From: a virus
Lineage: Duplodnaviria > Caudoviricetes
Strand: one strand, 5' to 3'
IMG/VR virus record: IMGVR_UViG_3300040985_001450
Coordinates: 1-27,258 of that record
Length of the DNA stretch: 27,258 nucleotides
Shown here: positions 9,232 through 17,554 of the stretch, piece by piece
Position numbering within the stretch: the stretch's first letter is position 1
Layout: the number at the start of each line of letters is the position of its first letter
Translations under genes and position numbers: made by a program
The notes under the pieces: generated by a model
Told to the model about the DNA's origin: nothing
Seen by the model: the letters and a program-made list of their open reading frames with translations, nothing else
The model's database searches: none

Positions 9232-9471
9232 TTGACCAAAAAAAAAGAACCGAGCAACATCACACTGGGAGCTGCGGCTCAGCTCGTCAGTGAACTCGGG
9301 CGCGACCAACCGTCGCCTGGAACGATGTCTAACTGGCACACGAAGGGATGCTTCGGTGTGAAGCTGAAAGTGAATCGCATCGGACATCGCATCTACACAA
9401 CGAAGCCTGACCTTGAGAAGTTCCTTGAGCAGGTAAAAGAAGTAGTCGAAAAGAAATACGCGAGAGCGTAG
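9232..9471 (+). CDS. DUF1580-like winged-HTH / excisionase-like DNA-binding protein
   Basis: Pattern ITLGAAA...PSPGTMSNWHTKGCFGVKLKVNRIGHRIYTTKPDLEKF. A strong SD GGAGGTGAT precedes TTG at 9232 (alternative GTG at 9223). Confidence 0.7.
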   Translation: MTKKKEPSNITLGAAAQLVSELGRDQPSPGTMSNWHTKGCFGVKLKVNRIGHRIYTTKPDLEKFLEQVKEVVEKKYARA

Positions 9472-9483
9472 AAAGGAAACACC

Positions 9484-10485
9484 ATGACCGAACAAACGGA
9501 CTCCCCAACAACCGAAGAAACAAAAACGAAGAAGACGAGCGTCAAGGAATTGCGATCGCAAATCGCAGACCTCGAGCAGCTCATCGAAGATCGAGATCAA
9601 GAAGCATCGACGCTCGGCGCACGACTCAAGAAGGCAGCAACGCAACTCACCTCTCTCGAGAACGACGTCGCGGAACGAGACGCGACCATCGACACTCTGG
9701 AGAAAACCGGCCCGAACATCTACGAGCGGATGCTCGCCATCATGGAAGAGGTGAAGTACCTCAAGAAAGACTTCAATAAAAACCTCGGACATCCAGCGAC
9801 AACGCATGACGATGTCAGTGAGGCGATCCGTAAGGCCGCCGTGAACCACAAGGTCTTCATCCATACGACGACGATCGAGAACAGCACCGAGCTGATTCCT
9901 CGCCCGTCAAAGTATGATTCAGACCGTCGGGTGAGCTACACGAACGTAGACATCCTCGTGACCTTCATCAACGTGGACGATCCCGATGATAACTGCTCGT
10001 GTCGATTCATCGGTGCCGGCGAAGGTGCAGACAACAAGACACCAGGCGCAGCGTACAGCTTCGCGGTGAAGACGGCTCTGCTCAAGACCTTCCTGATTCC
10101 GACCGGCGAGGAAGAAGAAGAAGCACACCTCGAGAAGTCTATGACTGACGAGGAGAAGTCTGCGTCCGAAGCGAAGAAGGCTGCTGTCCTCCAGGAGAAA
10201 CAAGCGAAGGAACTCAAGCAGCGTATCGCGAAGTCCGACACAATGCTCAAGGATCTCGTCAGCCAGCGAGGCTTCCACCTGGTAGACACCGTCACCTGGA
10301 TCGAGCAGATGCACGAGAAGAAGTGGGTGGACATGGACCTCAACGAGCGCCAGCGAGCGTTCAAGCACGTCCGCTCCGACTACAAGGGAACGGCTGACGC
10401 CAAGCCCGAAAATGAAGAAGAAGCGCAGTCCGAAATGGAAGGCCACTACGAAGGCGAGCAGCAAGGCTGGCAAGACCAGGGATAA
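9484..10485 (+). CDS. erf: ERF-family single-strand annealing recombinase with an N-terminal coiled coil
   Basis: NIYERMLAIMEEVKYLKKD...HDDV...FINVDDPDD...GEGADNKTPGAAYSFAVKTALLKTFLIPTGE, matching the ERF G-x-A-x-S/T-Y/F-A-x-K motif. Confidence 0.85.
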   Translation: MTEQTDSPTTEETKTKKTSVKELRSQIADLEQLIEDRDQEASTLGARLKKAATQLTSLENDVAERDATIDTLEKTGPNIYERMLAIMEEVKYLKKDFNKNLGHPATTHDDVSEAIRKAAVNHKVFIHTTTIENSTELIPRPSKYDSDRRVSYTNVDILVTFINVDDPDDNCSCRFIGAGEGADNKTPGAAYSFAVKTALLKTFLIPTGEEEEEAHLEKSMTDEEKSASEAKKAAVLQEKQAKELKQRIAKSDTMLKDLVSQRGFHLVDTVTWIEQMHEKKWVDMDLNERQRAFKHVRSDYKGTADAKPENEEEAQSEMEGHYEGEQQGWQDQG

Positions 10486-10515
10486 CAACAGGCCACAGGC
10501 CGAAAGGAAAGACCA

Positions 10516-11466
10516 ATGAGTACACTGAAAGAGAGAGTAATCGACCAGGCTCGGCGCGTCCGAGTCATCGACGGCGGCGGGTACGCTGTCTTCAATCACG
10601 AAGGGGACGACTACGAGATCCATATCAAGCAATCCGAGGATTATGTCCTCGCCTTCAAGCAGTTTGACGACGATGGATTCCCTACGATCGATCTCAAGTA
10701 TCCATCGGTGAAGTGTAGGTTCCGCGAGGTGTTCCCGAAGAATACGAAGCCGACCGAGGCGACCCAGGTGGCACCCATGCCGGACGAGGTCACGCTCCAG
10801 GTGCCGACCGAGGCGATGCTTTCGCACCTCAAGGGTGAAGTCGCAATCGTCGTCCAGGAAGCGAAGGACATCGTGGTGAGGAACGACGAAGACTTCAAGC
10901 GCATCGAGACCATCGCGGCGAACTCCGCCGGCTACATCAAAGAGGTTGCGAAGTTTATCGAGCCGTATAAGAAGGCAGCGAAGGCCGTACACTCGAATAT
11001 CTGCGCTCTGGAGTCTTCGCTTCTCGATGAGGCGAAGGAGGCGAAGTCTATCTCGACGCGCAAGGTCGGGCTACACCTCGAGGATATGGAGCGCCAGCGC
11101 CGCAAAGAACAAGCTGCTGCGGACGAGGCTGCTCGGCTTGAGAAAGAAAAGGAGGAACGCGAAGAAACGGAGATGCTTCGCAAAGTCGCCGGTGATGAGG
11201 TGGCTGACGCATACAAGGAAGAAGCCGCAGCTCAGCCAGTCATCTCCCATAAGGTGGACAGCTTTGCGCCTACCACCAGGAAGGGGACCGGCGGTCGCAA
11301 AAACTACAGCGCTCGCGTCGTAGACGAGAGTCTCATCCCTCTGAAATACCGACCCATCGACATGAAGCTGCTGAACTCAGAGGCGCGGCAGTTCAAAGAA
11401 AAGTTTGATGTCGAAGGCGCGAAGCTCGTAGTCGAAACCACCGGCGTAGTCCGAGGAGGTAAGTAA
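10516..11466 (+). CDS. Phage coiled-coil protein of the recombination module
   Basis: GAAAGGA SD; long charged helix; C-terminus RKNYSARVVDESLIP..IDMKLLN. Confidence 0.7.
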   Translation: MSTLKERVIDQARRVRVIDGGGYAVFNHEGDDYEIHIKQSEDYVLAFKQFDDDGFPTIDLKYPSVKCRFREVFPKNTKPTEATQVAPMPDEVTLQVPTEAMLSHLKGEVAIVVQEAKDIVVRNDEDFKRIETIAANSAGYIKEVAKFIEPYKKAAKAVHSNICALESSLLDEAKEAKSISTRKVGLHLEDMERQRRKEQAAADEAARLEKEKEEREETEMLRKVAGDEVADAYKEEAAAQPVISHKVDSFAPTTRKGTGGRKNYSARVVDESLIPLKYRPIDMKLLNSEARQFKEKFDVEGAKLVVETTGVVRGGK

Positions 11467-11468
11467 CC

Positions 11469-11573
11469 ATGAAGATCACATTATTGAACCTGACAGCTAT
11501 CGTTTTATGCGACATCTGCTGCACCATCCTCGGCTGCGTTCTCGCGCTGTGGCTCGCGGGGGTGATCACATGA
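11469..11573 (+). CDS. Small Cys-containing hydrophobic protein (34 aa), not in the ORF track
   Basis: GGAGG SD; MKITLLNLTAIVLCDICCTILGCVLALWLAGVIT; the stop overlaps the next start (ATGA) and the ORF fills the intergenic gap. Confidence 0.6.
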   Translation: MKITLLNLTAIVLCDICCTILGCVLALWLAGVIT

Positions 11574-12421
11574 AGGCTAAAACCATCAAGGCCATCCTAC
11601 GAAAGAAGACGGACGACTGGCTCTCGACTATCGAGGACGACGCGGTCCGCGCACTGGCTCGGAAGAACACCATCATCACCGGCGGCTGCATCGCGTCTAT
11701 GCTCCTACAGGAGAAGGTGAACGACTATGACCTGTACTTCCGCAACGCCGAGACCGCCTACCAGGTGGCGAACTACTATATCACGAAGTACAACGACGAG
11801 GTCGGTGGAGACATTAGTCTCATCGATGACCGCGAGGAAGACAGGATCGCAATCATGGTACAGTCCGTTGGCATCGAAGGGACGAAGGAAGACGAGGCAG
11901 GGTCTCCCGATGTCCAGGGCGATGACCTCGAAGTCCCGACGCAGGTTGAGACCGGCAGGTATCGTCCGGTCTTCTTCTCAATGAACGCGATCTCATTGAG
12001 TAACAAGATTCAGCTCGTGACTCGGTTCTACGGCGAGCCTGACCAGATTCACGAGAACTATGACTTCGTCCACTGCACGAACTCATGGGACTCGTGGACA
12101 GGCAAGCTCACGCTGCGACCAGACGCTCTGGAGTCGCTCCTGACGCGAGAACTCCGGTACGTCGGGTCGAAGTATCCCCTATGCTCCATTATACGCACAC
12201 GGAAGTTCGTGGCGCGTCAGTGGACCATCAACGCCGGACAGTACGTGAAGATGGCGTTCCAGCTCCAGGAGCACGACCTCAACGACCCAGCGGTCCTCGA
12301 GGAGCAGCTCACTGGAGTAGACATACACTACTTCTTCGAGGTCATCACGGCATTGAAGGAGCGAGACTCAAAACGAGTCGATACGGCTTACCTCATGGAA
12401 GTCATCGATCGTATATTCTAA
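11570..12421 (+). CDS. Putative nucleotidyltransferase (pol-beta superfamily, class II CCA/poly(A) polymerase head-like)
   Basis: IITGGCIASMLLQEKVNDYDLYF (GG...DxD) plus a downstream NYDFVHC motif. The start at 11570 follows a GGGGGTGAT SD. Confidence 0.7.
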   Translation: MKAKTIKAILRKKTDDWLSTIEDDAVRALARKNTIITGGCIASMLLQEKVNDYDLYFRNAETAYQVANYYITKYNDEVGGDISLIDDREEDRIAIMVQSVGIEGTKEDEAGSPDVQGDDLEVPTQVETGRYRPVFFSMNAISLSNKIQLVTRFYGEPDQIHENYDFVHCTNSWDSWTGKLTLRPDALESLLTRELRYVGSKYPLCSIIRTRKFVARQWTINAGQYVKMAFQLQEHDLNDPAVLEEQLTGVDIHYFFEVITALKERDSKRVDTAYLMEVIDRIF

Positions 12422-12451
12422 CCGCGCATCGCGCACACAAAGGAAAACGAC

Positions 12452-13150
12452 ATGAAGACGAGACAACAATTTGATCGACGCTTCGGCAAGACGAAGACCC
12501 AGCAGGTGAACTGCTGTAAAATGAAATCGGCAGAAATAATCGGGATGGCGGTCGCGGCACAGGAAGCCGCTGAGAAAATTCCCGAGAACTACCGAAGCCG
12601 AGAAGACAAGGTCCTCATCTCGACAGCGGTCGAGTGTGCTGAGAAGTACACCTCTCGAGCCATTCGATTGACCGAGTCGAAATACATGGCGCTCGCCAGC
12701 GAAGCCAATCTGGCTCTCAATATGAGGCGTATACTAAAGTCCGCCGCGAGTGACGAACAGAAGCAGGTTGAACTCAAGGCGCTCGCGGAATTCAGGCTCG
12801 ATAATCTCTGGGAATGTATCGAGCCAGATGAAGACGCCGATGTAGTAATGGATGAAATCTTTGGGACACTGTTCGATATTTTCGAGGTGGTCCGCGACAA
12901 AGTGAAGAAGGGGAAAACTGATGAAGCATCCGAACAAGTTCGTGGATACGATGAACCAGAGCGAGCTGCACAATCGACGAGTGGAACTAAATATGATACA
13001 GATGTCTCTGGTGAGCACACTGGGAACGATGAATCGTATAATAGAGGGGGCACTGGACGTGAGCCAGCAACCTCCGCATCAGCAGGAAATAATTCAGCAA
13101 GCCAGGAAGGAGGCGCTGAATCTAGCGATGACAGTCGCGGACGAGGCTGA
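12452..13150 (+). CDS. Hypothetical protein (its low-complexity tail overlaps the next gene)
   Basis: AAAGGA SD; the first ~156 codons look like ordinary coding sequence. Confidence 0.65.
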   Translation: MKTRQQFDRRFGKTKTQQVNCCKMKSAEIIGMAVAAQEAAEKIPENYRSREDKVLISTAVECAEKYTSRAIRLTESKYMALASEANLALNMRRILKSAASDEQKQVELKALAEFRLDNLWECIEPDEDADVVMDEIFGTLFDIFEVVRDKVKKGKTDEASEQVRGYDEPERAAQSTSGTKYDTDVSGEHTGNDESYNRGGTGREPATSASAGNNSASQEGGAESSDDSRGRG

Positions 13151-13388
13151 TGCAGCGCTGAATGTGATAGGAAACCAGGCCCAGCTATCTTACTTACAGA
13201 ACTGCGAGATCAAGATGATCTGCAAGGACGGAATCCTCAGTAACGCCGAGAAGATCGAGAAGGTGATGGCGATGACAGACAGGAACGCCGAACAGTTGTA
13301 CTCCTTCCTGAGTCACACCGAGTTCGACCCGAACCGGATGGACTCACTGGATTCCATAGGACTGCTCGACGAAGAACAAGACATCTAA
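12921..13388 (+). CDS. Hypothetical helical protein
   Basis: AAGGGG SD; 155 aa; ends just before the ssb RBS. Confidence 0.7.
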   Translation: MKHPNKFVDTMNQSELHNRRVELNMIQMSLVSTLGTMNRIIEGALDVSQQPPHQQEIIQQARKEALNLAMTVADEADAALNVIGNQAQLSYLQNCEIKMICKDGILSNAEKIEKVMAMTDRNAEQLYSFLSHTEFDPNRMDSLDSIGLLDEEQDI

Positions 13389-13415
13389 ATGGCCATTGGC
13401 CGAAAGGAAAACACC

Positions 13416-13895
13416 ATGAGTGATAAGAAACTCAAAATGCCAAGTATCAACAAGGTCGAGTTCTCTGGGAACATGACCAGGGACGGGGAGCTGAAATATC
13501 TGCCGAGCGGTATGGCAGTGTTCGAGTTCTCGGTCGCCGTAACCGAACGACGCAAGAACAAAAAGACGGGCGAGATGATCGAGGAGACTTCGTTCATCGA
13601 CTGCGCTGCCTGGGACAAGGCTGCGGAGTGGCTCGCGAAGGACACCAAAAAAGGATCTCCTGTAATCGTAGACGGGAAGTTCAAAACGGACACCTGGGAA
13701 GACAAGTCGACAGGACAGAAGCGCAGCAAGCTCAAGGTCACGGCGTTTCGAGTTCAGACTCTCGCCTGGGAGGACGATGGGGGTCGTCCTGGAGCGCACT
13801 CGTCCGGTGGTGGACAGCAAGGCGGCGGCTACTCAGAAGCCCCGAAGCCGCGTGTCATAGAGGAGCCAATAACCTTTGATGACATACCGTTCTGA
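13416..13895 (+). CDS. ssb: Single-stranded DNA-binding protein
   Basis: INKVEFSGNMTRDGELKYLPSG...FIDCAAW...GSPVIVDG...WEDK..GQKRSKLKV, a Gly-rich linker and C-terminal DDIPF. Confidence 0.96.
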   Translation: MSDKKLKMPSINKVEFSGNMTRDGELKYLPSGMAVFEFSVAVTERRKNKKTGEMIEETSFIDCAAWDKAAEWLAKDTKKGSPVIVDGKFKTDTWEDKSTGQKRSKLKVTAFRVQTLAWEDDGGRPGAHSSGGGQQGGGYSEAPKPRVIEEPITFDDIPF

Positions 13896-13905
13896 GGAGA
13901 TGATC

Positions 13906-14223
13906 ATGTCAATTAAATCACATATCGAACGGACGCTCGAGGAGCTGCGCGAGAACAGAGCTATGGAGCTCGAGGAGATGATTCAGCTCTCCTGCTCTCT
14001 GGTGGCATCTGGCGCGTTCAATCGCTCCACCACGAACCACTTGCAGCACGAGACCCTCATGCTGATGGCCGATGACGACAAGCTATCATTCGAGGATGCT
14101 CGGGGACGTATGTCGAAGGAAGCCGTGCAGGAGTGTGTGAGACAGGCAGCTCGGGACGTAGCGACCAGTGCTCGATTTTTACGCACTGCGATCATGGATG
14201 AGTTGGACACAGAAGGAGCGTAA
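13906..14223 (+). CDS. Hypothetical protein
   Basis: GAGGAG SD before the ATG at 13906. Confidence 0.65.
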   Translation: MSIKSHIERTLEELRENRAMELEEMIQLSCSLVASGAFNRSTTNHLQHETLMLMADDDKLSFEDARGRMSKEAVQECVRQAARDVATSARFLRTAIMDELDTEGA

Positions 14224-14233
14224 TAAACGAGGA

Positions 14234-14264
14234 GGGGCTGGCGGGTACGTAGACCGCCAGCCCC
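14234..14264. other. Strong GC hairpin without a + strand U-tract
   Basis: GGGGCTGGCGG-9nt-CCGCCAGCCCC, directly followed by AGAAAGGAG. Confidence 0.7.
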
Positions 14265-14309
14265 AGAAAGGAGTGCCAATGAGTAAGCACTACAACCGAA
14301 GGATACAGT

Positions 14310-15149
14310 ATGGGACATAATAAGTTAAAGCGCTATGAGCGCACGAAGCTGCACTCGATGTACTTCAATGCGGAGAACTGGGTGTCCTCGATGACCGTGA
14401 GGCTCCTGGGTCTCGAGGCAACCGGCGCGTACATCAATCTCCTGGCTGCTGCCTGGTTGACGGATGACTGCCACCTTCCGAAGGACGAGGATACGCTCAG
14501 GCTACTCTCAGGGTCTACATCAGAGGCTCAGTGGGCCCGAGTATGGCAAAAGCTGAGAACGTCGTTCCTGGAGGATTCTCGGGGATTCTACAACGAAGTG
14601 CAGCTCGCCGCCTGGAATAAGGCGATGGGCATCTATCAGCAGCGCGTCGAGGCATCGAAGCTCGGCGTGGCTGCCAGGGAAAACAACCGCACGGTTGACC
14701 ACACGGTACTACCGCACGGTACTACCGGAGGTACTACCAAACAGAAAACAGAAAACAGAAAGGGGTTAAAAGAGAAAAGAGAAAAACTACAGGGGGCTGT
14801 AGGGATCTCCGCCATCGTCAAGAACGCAACCAGTGACCTCACGAAAGGGACACATCCAGGCCGATTCAGGGGTCTGGTCGCTCCTGTGGTCGGGGAGCAG
14901 GACTGGGCGAGGTCTTACGGGTTCTTCTGTTGGGCCTCGGAGGAGTATCCCTATTTCCACGAAGACCTGGACCGGATGGTCGATTCACGCGATCCGGCCA
15001 TACGCCAAGCAAAAGGAATCGGTGACGCTCCCCTGGGGACGGCCTGGTTCCGCTGGAGGGTGAAGGAATGGGCATCAGAGACCCAGACCATCATCCCGAA
15101 GGATATGCAACTCAACGCTCAATACAGAGCACGAAAGGAAAACCAATGA
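14310..15149 (+). CDS. Replication initiator, DUF1376/YdaU-like N-terminus
   Basis: MYFNAENWVSS..VRLLGLEATGAYINLLAAAW....LPKDEDTLRLL; contains internal iteron-like repeats. Confidence 0.75.
   Translation: MGHNKLKRYERTKLHSMYFNAENWVSSMTVRLLGLEATGAYINLLAAAWLTDDCHLPKDEDTLRLLSGSTSEAQWARVWQKLRTSFLEDSRGFYNEVQLAAWNKAMGIYQQRVEASKLGVAARENNRTVDHTVLPHGTTGGTTKQKTENRKGLKEKREKLQGAVGISAIVKNATSDLTKGTHPGRFRGLVAPVVGEQDWARSYGFFCWASEEYPYFHEDLDRMVDSRDPAIRQAKGIGDAPLGTAWFRWRVKEWASETQTIIPKDMQLNAQYRARKENQ
14686..14786. other. Putative replication origin: four 12-13 bp iterons plus a strand-asymmetric A-rich tract
   Basis: ACCGCACGGTTG, ACCACACGGTACT, ACCGCACGGTACT, ACCGGAGGTACT, then AAACAGAAAACAGAAAACAGAAAGGGGTTAAAAGAGAAAAGAGAAAAA. 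Like the lambda origin, it sits inside the initiator gene. Confidence 0.7.
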
Positions 15150-15625
15150 GTAAGCGCAATAGAATGAAGGACAAGAAGCAGCAGATGAGCCTCAATGAAA
15201 TCATGGAGTTCATGGGGGAGGAGGGTCTCATCGACAAGGTGCGAGACTTCGACGACAATCTCATCACCCGAAAGGAAATCGAGCACAACTGGGGCTACGA
15301 GAGCGAGTACATCGGTACACTCCCGGACGCCTACGTGAACCAGCTCGTCAGACAGGGCAAGATGCCGAAGTACGTTCCAGTCAATGAACACGGTCGCGTA
15401 TGGTTCCGGTCGATGGTCCCGAAAGAGCGACCACTCCTATACATAGAGCAAAGGGCGATCGACAAGATGGCGTTCCAGGCGAAGAAACTGGAGCGCAAGA
15501 AGAAGGCTCCGGCAGAACCAAAGCCAGAGCAGAACGGTCAACTCACGATCGACGTCGCGGAGTTCAATGCGATGAAGGAACGCCTGGCGCAGCTCGAAGA
15601 AAATGTCGCATCGGCATCAGTATGA
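15146..15625 (+). CDS. Putative DNA-binding protein (AlpA/Xis-like central region)
   Basis: GAAAGGA SD; ATGA coupling; ITRKEI...YVNQLVRQGKMPKYVPV..GRVWF. Confidence 0.55.
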   Translation: MSKRNRMKDKKQQMSLNEIMEFMGEEGLIDKVRDFDDNLITRKEIEHNWGYESEYIGTLPDAYVNQLVRQGKMPKYVPVNEHGRVWFRSMVPKERPLLYIEQRAIDKMAFQAKKLERKKKAPAEPKPEQNGQLTIDVAEFNAMKERLAQLEENVASASV

Positions 15626-16155
15626 TCGTCGTCGAAATCACAGAGGAGCTACGAGAGAGGGCGAGGTGCCGGCTGGCGGCGGTGAACATCGAGAACCATC
15701 ACTTCCAGCCGGCTGATGTCCCCAGGAGTGCGATGGTCGGGATGCTCGGCGAGTATGTCGTGCTCAAGTATCTCTACGGAGACGAATCATTCGATGAGCA
15801 CCAGGACACCAAAGACTACGACATCGACTTCTTTGGGACACTGATCGACGTGAAGACCAAGAGAGGCAGCGGTAGGCCGAAGCCGTACTACAACGCGGCA
15901 GTTGTCGCAACTCAACACGAGCAGGGGTGCGACGTCTACTGCTTTGTTCGTATTCTCGAGGACATGACCGAAGGATACCCGATGGGGTGGATCAAGAAGT
16001 CAGAGTTCTACGAAATCGCGAGGATGTTCCATAAGGGAGATCAAGGCGAGAACGGGTACGTCTACCCAGCGGACTGTTACGAGGTCCGATACGATGAACT
16101 CAACCCGATGGAGCGCATGAAGGTGTACTTCAACGCGAAAGGAGAGGAACAGTGA
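15622..16155 (+). CDS. PD-(D/E)xK nuclease-family protein
   Basis: GMLGEYVV...DYDI....IDVKT motif; ATGA coupling. Confidence 0.65.
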   Translation: MIVVEITEELRERARCRLAAVNIENHHFQPADVPRSAMVGMLGEYVVLKYLYGDESFDEHQDTKDYDIDFFGTLIDVKTKRGSGRPKPYYNAAVVATQHEQGCDVYCFVRILEDMTEGYPMGWIKKSEFYEIARMFHKGDQGENGYVYPADCYEVRYDELNPMERMKVYFNAKGEEQ

Positions 16156-16637
16156 ACGAGACAATTCCGAGAATCGAAAACGACACGACGAACATCAGCG
16201 ACAAACTTTTCACTGACGTATTCATAGAGCATAACGCGGTACTCAAGAGCCTGGGCTTCCCTGCGATGCGCCAGGACGTGACTGTCATCGCAGACAACAT
16301 CCTGCCGGCAGACAAGAAGACGTCGAACTGGACCGGATACGCGGACTGGAAGAATCTGGTCATCAACCTGCACTTCAACGATAGGCTTCGAGCGGTCGTG
16401 CAGCGCAAGGACATGATGGGTGGGAATCACTGGTTCGCGCTGCACTCAACGAAGGCCATCGTGACAGACGCGTACTCGCATGAGACCGGACACATCGTAA
16501 CCGAGCATCCCTCCCAGGAGTTCCCCAGGACTCTCGAGAGGCACTCGGTCAACCGGCTCCAGGTGCGTGAGGGGCACAACACGAATATTCTCCTGGCGCG
16601 AATCGCGGTCTCTCAGATGGTCAGGGGAATATTCTAA
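16152..16637 (+). CDS. Hypothetical protein
   Basis: GGAGAGG SD; GTGA overlap with the upstream stop. Confidence 0.7.
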   Translation: MNETIPRIENDTTNISDKLFTDVFIEHNAVLKSLGFPAMRQDVTVIADNILPADKKTSNWTGYADWKNLVINLHFNDRLRAVVQRKDMMGGNHWFALHSTKAIVTDAYSHETGHIVTEHPSQEFPRTLERHSVNRLQVREGHNTNILLARIAVSQMVRGIF

Positions 16638-16703
16638 TGCAGTACGATTCTCAATACAGGGACGTGCTCAACAACCGCCGAGAGGCAGAAGAAGGAGGCT
16701 ACT

Positions 16704-17165
16704 ATGCCAAAGAAACGAGTGAACAGTAGAGCGAAGGGAATCCGTGGAGAACTCGAAGCGTGTAAGCTGCTGGCGAGCTGCGACTTCCCAGCGATTCGTT
16801 CACAGCAACACAAGGGCGCGTCCGACGCGAGTGATGTCCTGGTCCCCAGGTTCGAGCAGCTCAGCCTGTTCCCCGAGGTCAAGCGCGTCGAGCAGCTCCG
16901 CCTGAACGACTGGATGAATAAATGCCTCGAGGACATCAAGACTCACTCGATGGCCGAGGCTGAACGTGAAGGGAAGGAGATGTATGCAACGAAGCCGCAG
17001 ATGCCTGTAATCCTTCACCGACGCACGAAGGAGCCCTGGTTCATCACGATGGACGCCGTGGACTTCTTGCAGCTCATCGACCGCCTGGACGGAGAAGTCG
17101 CGCACCTCAACAAGGTGATCGCTAACGTCGAGATAAATAGCATCGTCGGCGATGGAAGGAGATAG
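16704..17165 (+). CDS. Holliday junction resolvase, Hjc-like PD-(D/E)xK type
   Basis: NSRAKGIRGELE...RSQQ..G...SDV...EVKRVEQL...PVILHRR...W; AAGGAGG SD. Confidence 0.8.
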   Translation: MPKKRVNSRAKGIRGELEACKLLASCDFPAIRSQQHKGASDASDVLVPRFEQLSLFPEVKRVEQLRLNDWMNKCLEDIKTHSMAEAEREGKEMYATKPQMPVILHRRTKEPWFITMDAVDFLQLIDRLDGEVAHLNKVIANVEINSIVGDGRR

Positions 17166-17167
17166 TA

Positions 17168-17536
17168 ATGAGAATGGCATACAACGAAATTTACCGAGAC
17201 ATGATCGTCAGGATGCAGGGGAAGGAAGCCGTCGCAGAGAAATGCCTTCGGGCTGCGGACCGGCGCGTGGAGGAACTACAGGCCATGATCACAATCATGC
17301 GGAAAGAGATGGTAAGACTGGAGGCGATGCTCGAGCAGAAGTCTCAGGCGAAGGATGAACAGCGAACCAAGCTACAGGAGCGCATCGCTGACGCCGGCAG
17401 AGGCAACGAGCGACTCAAGGGGAAGCTGAACGTATCGAGGCTGCAACATCAGCGAGCCCTACTCCAGAACAAGGACCTCATGGTTGCACTGAGCAAGGCA
17501 GAGGCTCAGAATGAGGGGTTGAAGAATATTGAGTGA
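17168..17536 (+). CDS. Coiled-coil hypothetical protein
   Basis: AAGGAG SD; heptad-rich sequence. Confidence 0.7.
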   Translation: MRMAYNEIYRDMIVRMQGKEAVAEKCLRAADRRVEELQAMITIMRKEMVRLEAMLEQKSQAKDEQRTKLQERIADAGRGNERLKGKLNVSRLQHQRALLQNKDLMVALSKAEAQNEGLKNIE

Positions 17537-17554
17537 TTGTGTATTATCAATATC

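Noticed and set aside
8153-9246. Phase variation at the T8 (8153-8160) and A9 (9238-9246) runs
   Set aside because: The runs are short, both genes are in frame, and there is no evidence of variation without reads.
12910-12917. Programmed -1 frameshift at GGGGAAAA
   Set aside because: The reading phase (G GGG AAA) does not fit an X XXY YYZ slippery site, and no stimulatory structure is evident.
16637-16729. 30-aa ORF MQYDSQYRDV... coupled by TAATG
   Set aside because: Plausible but too short and featureless to support, and it overlaps the resolvase start.
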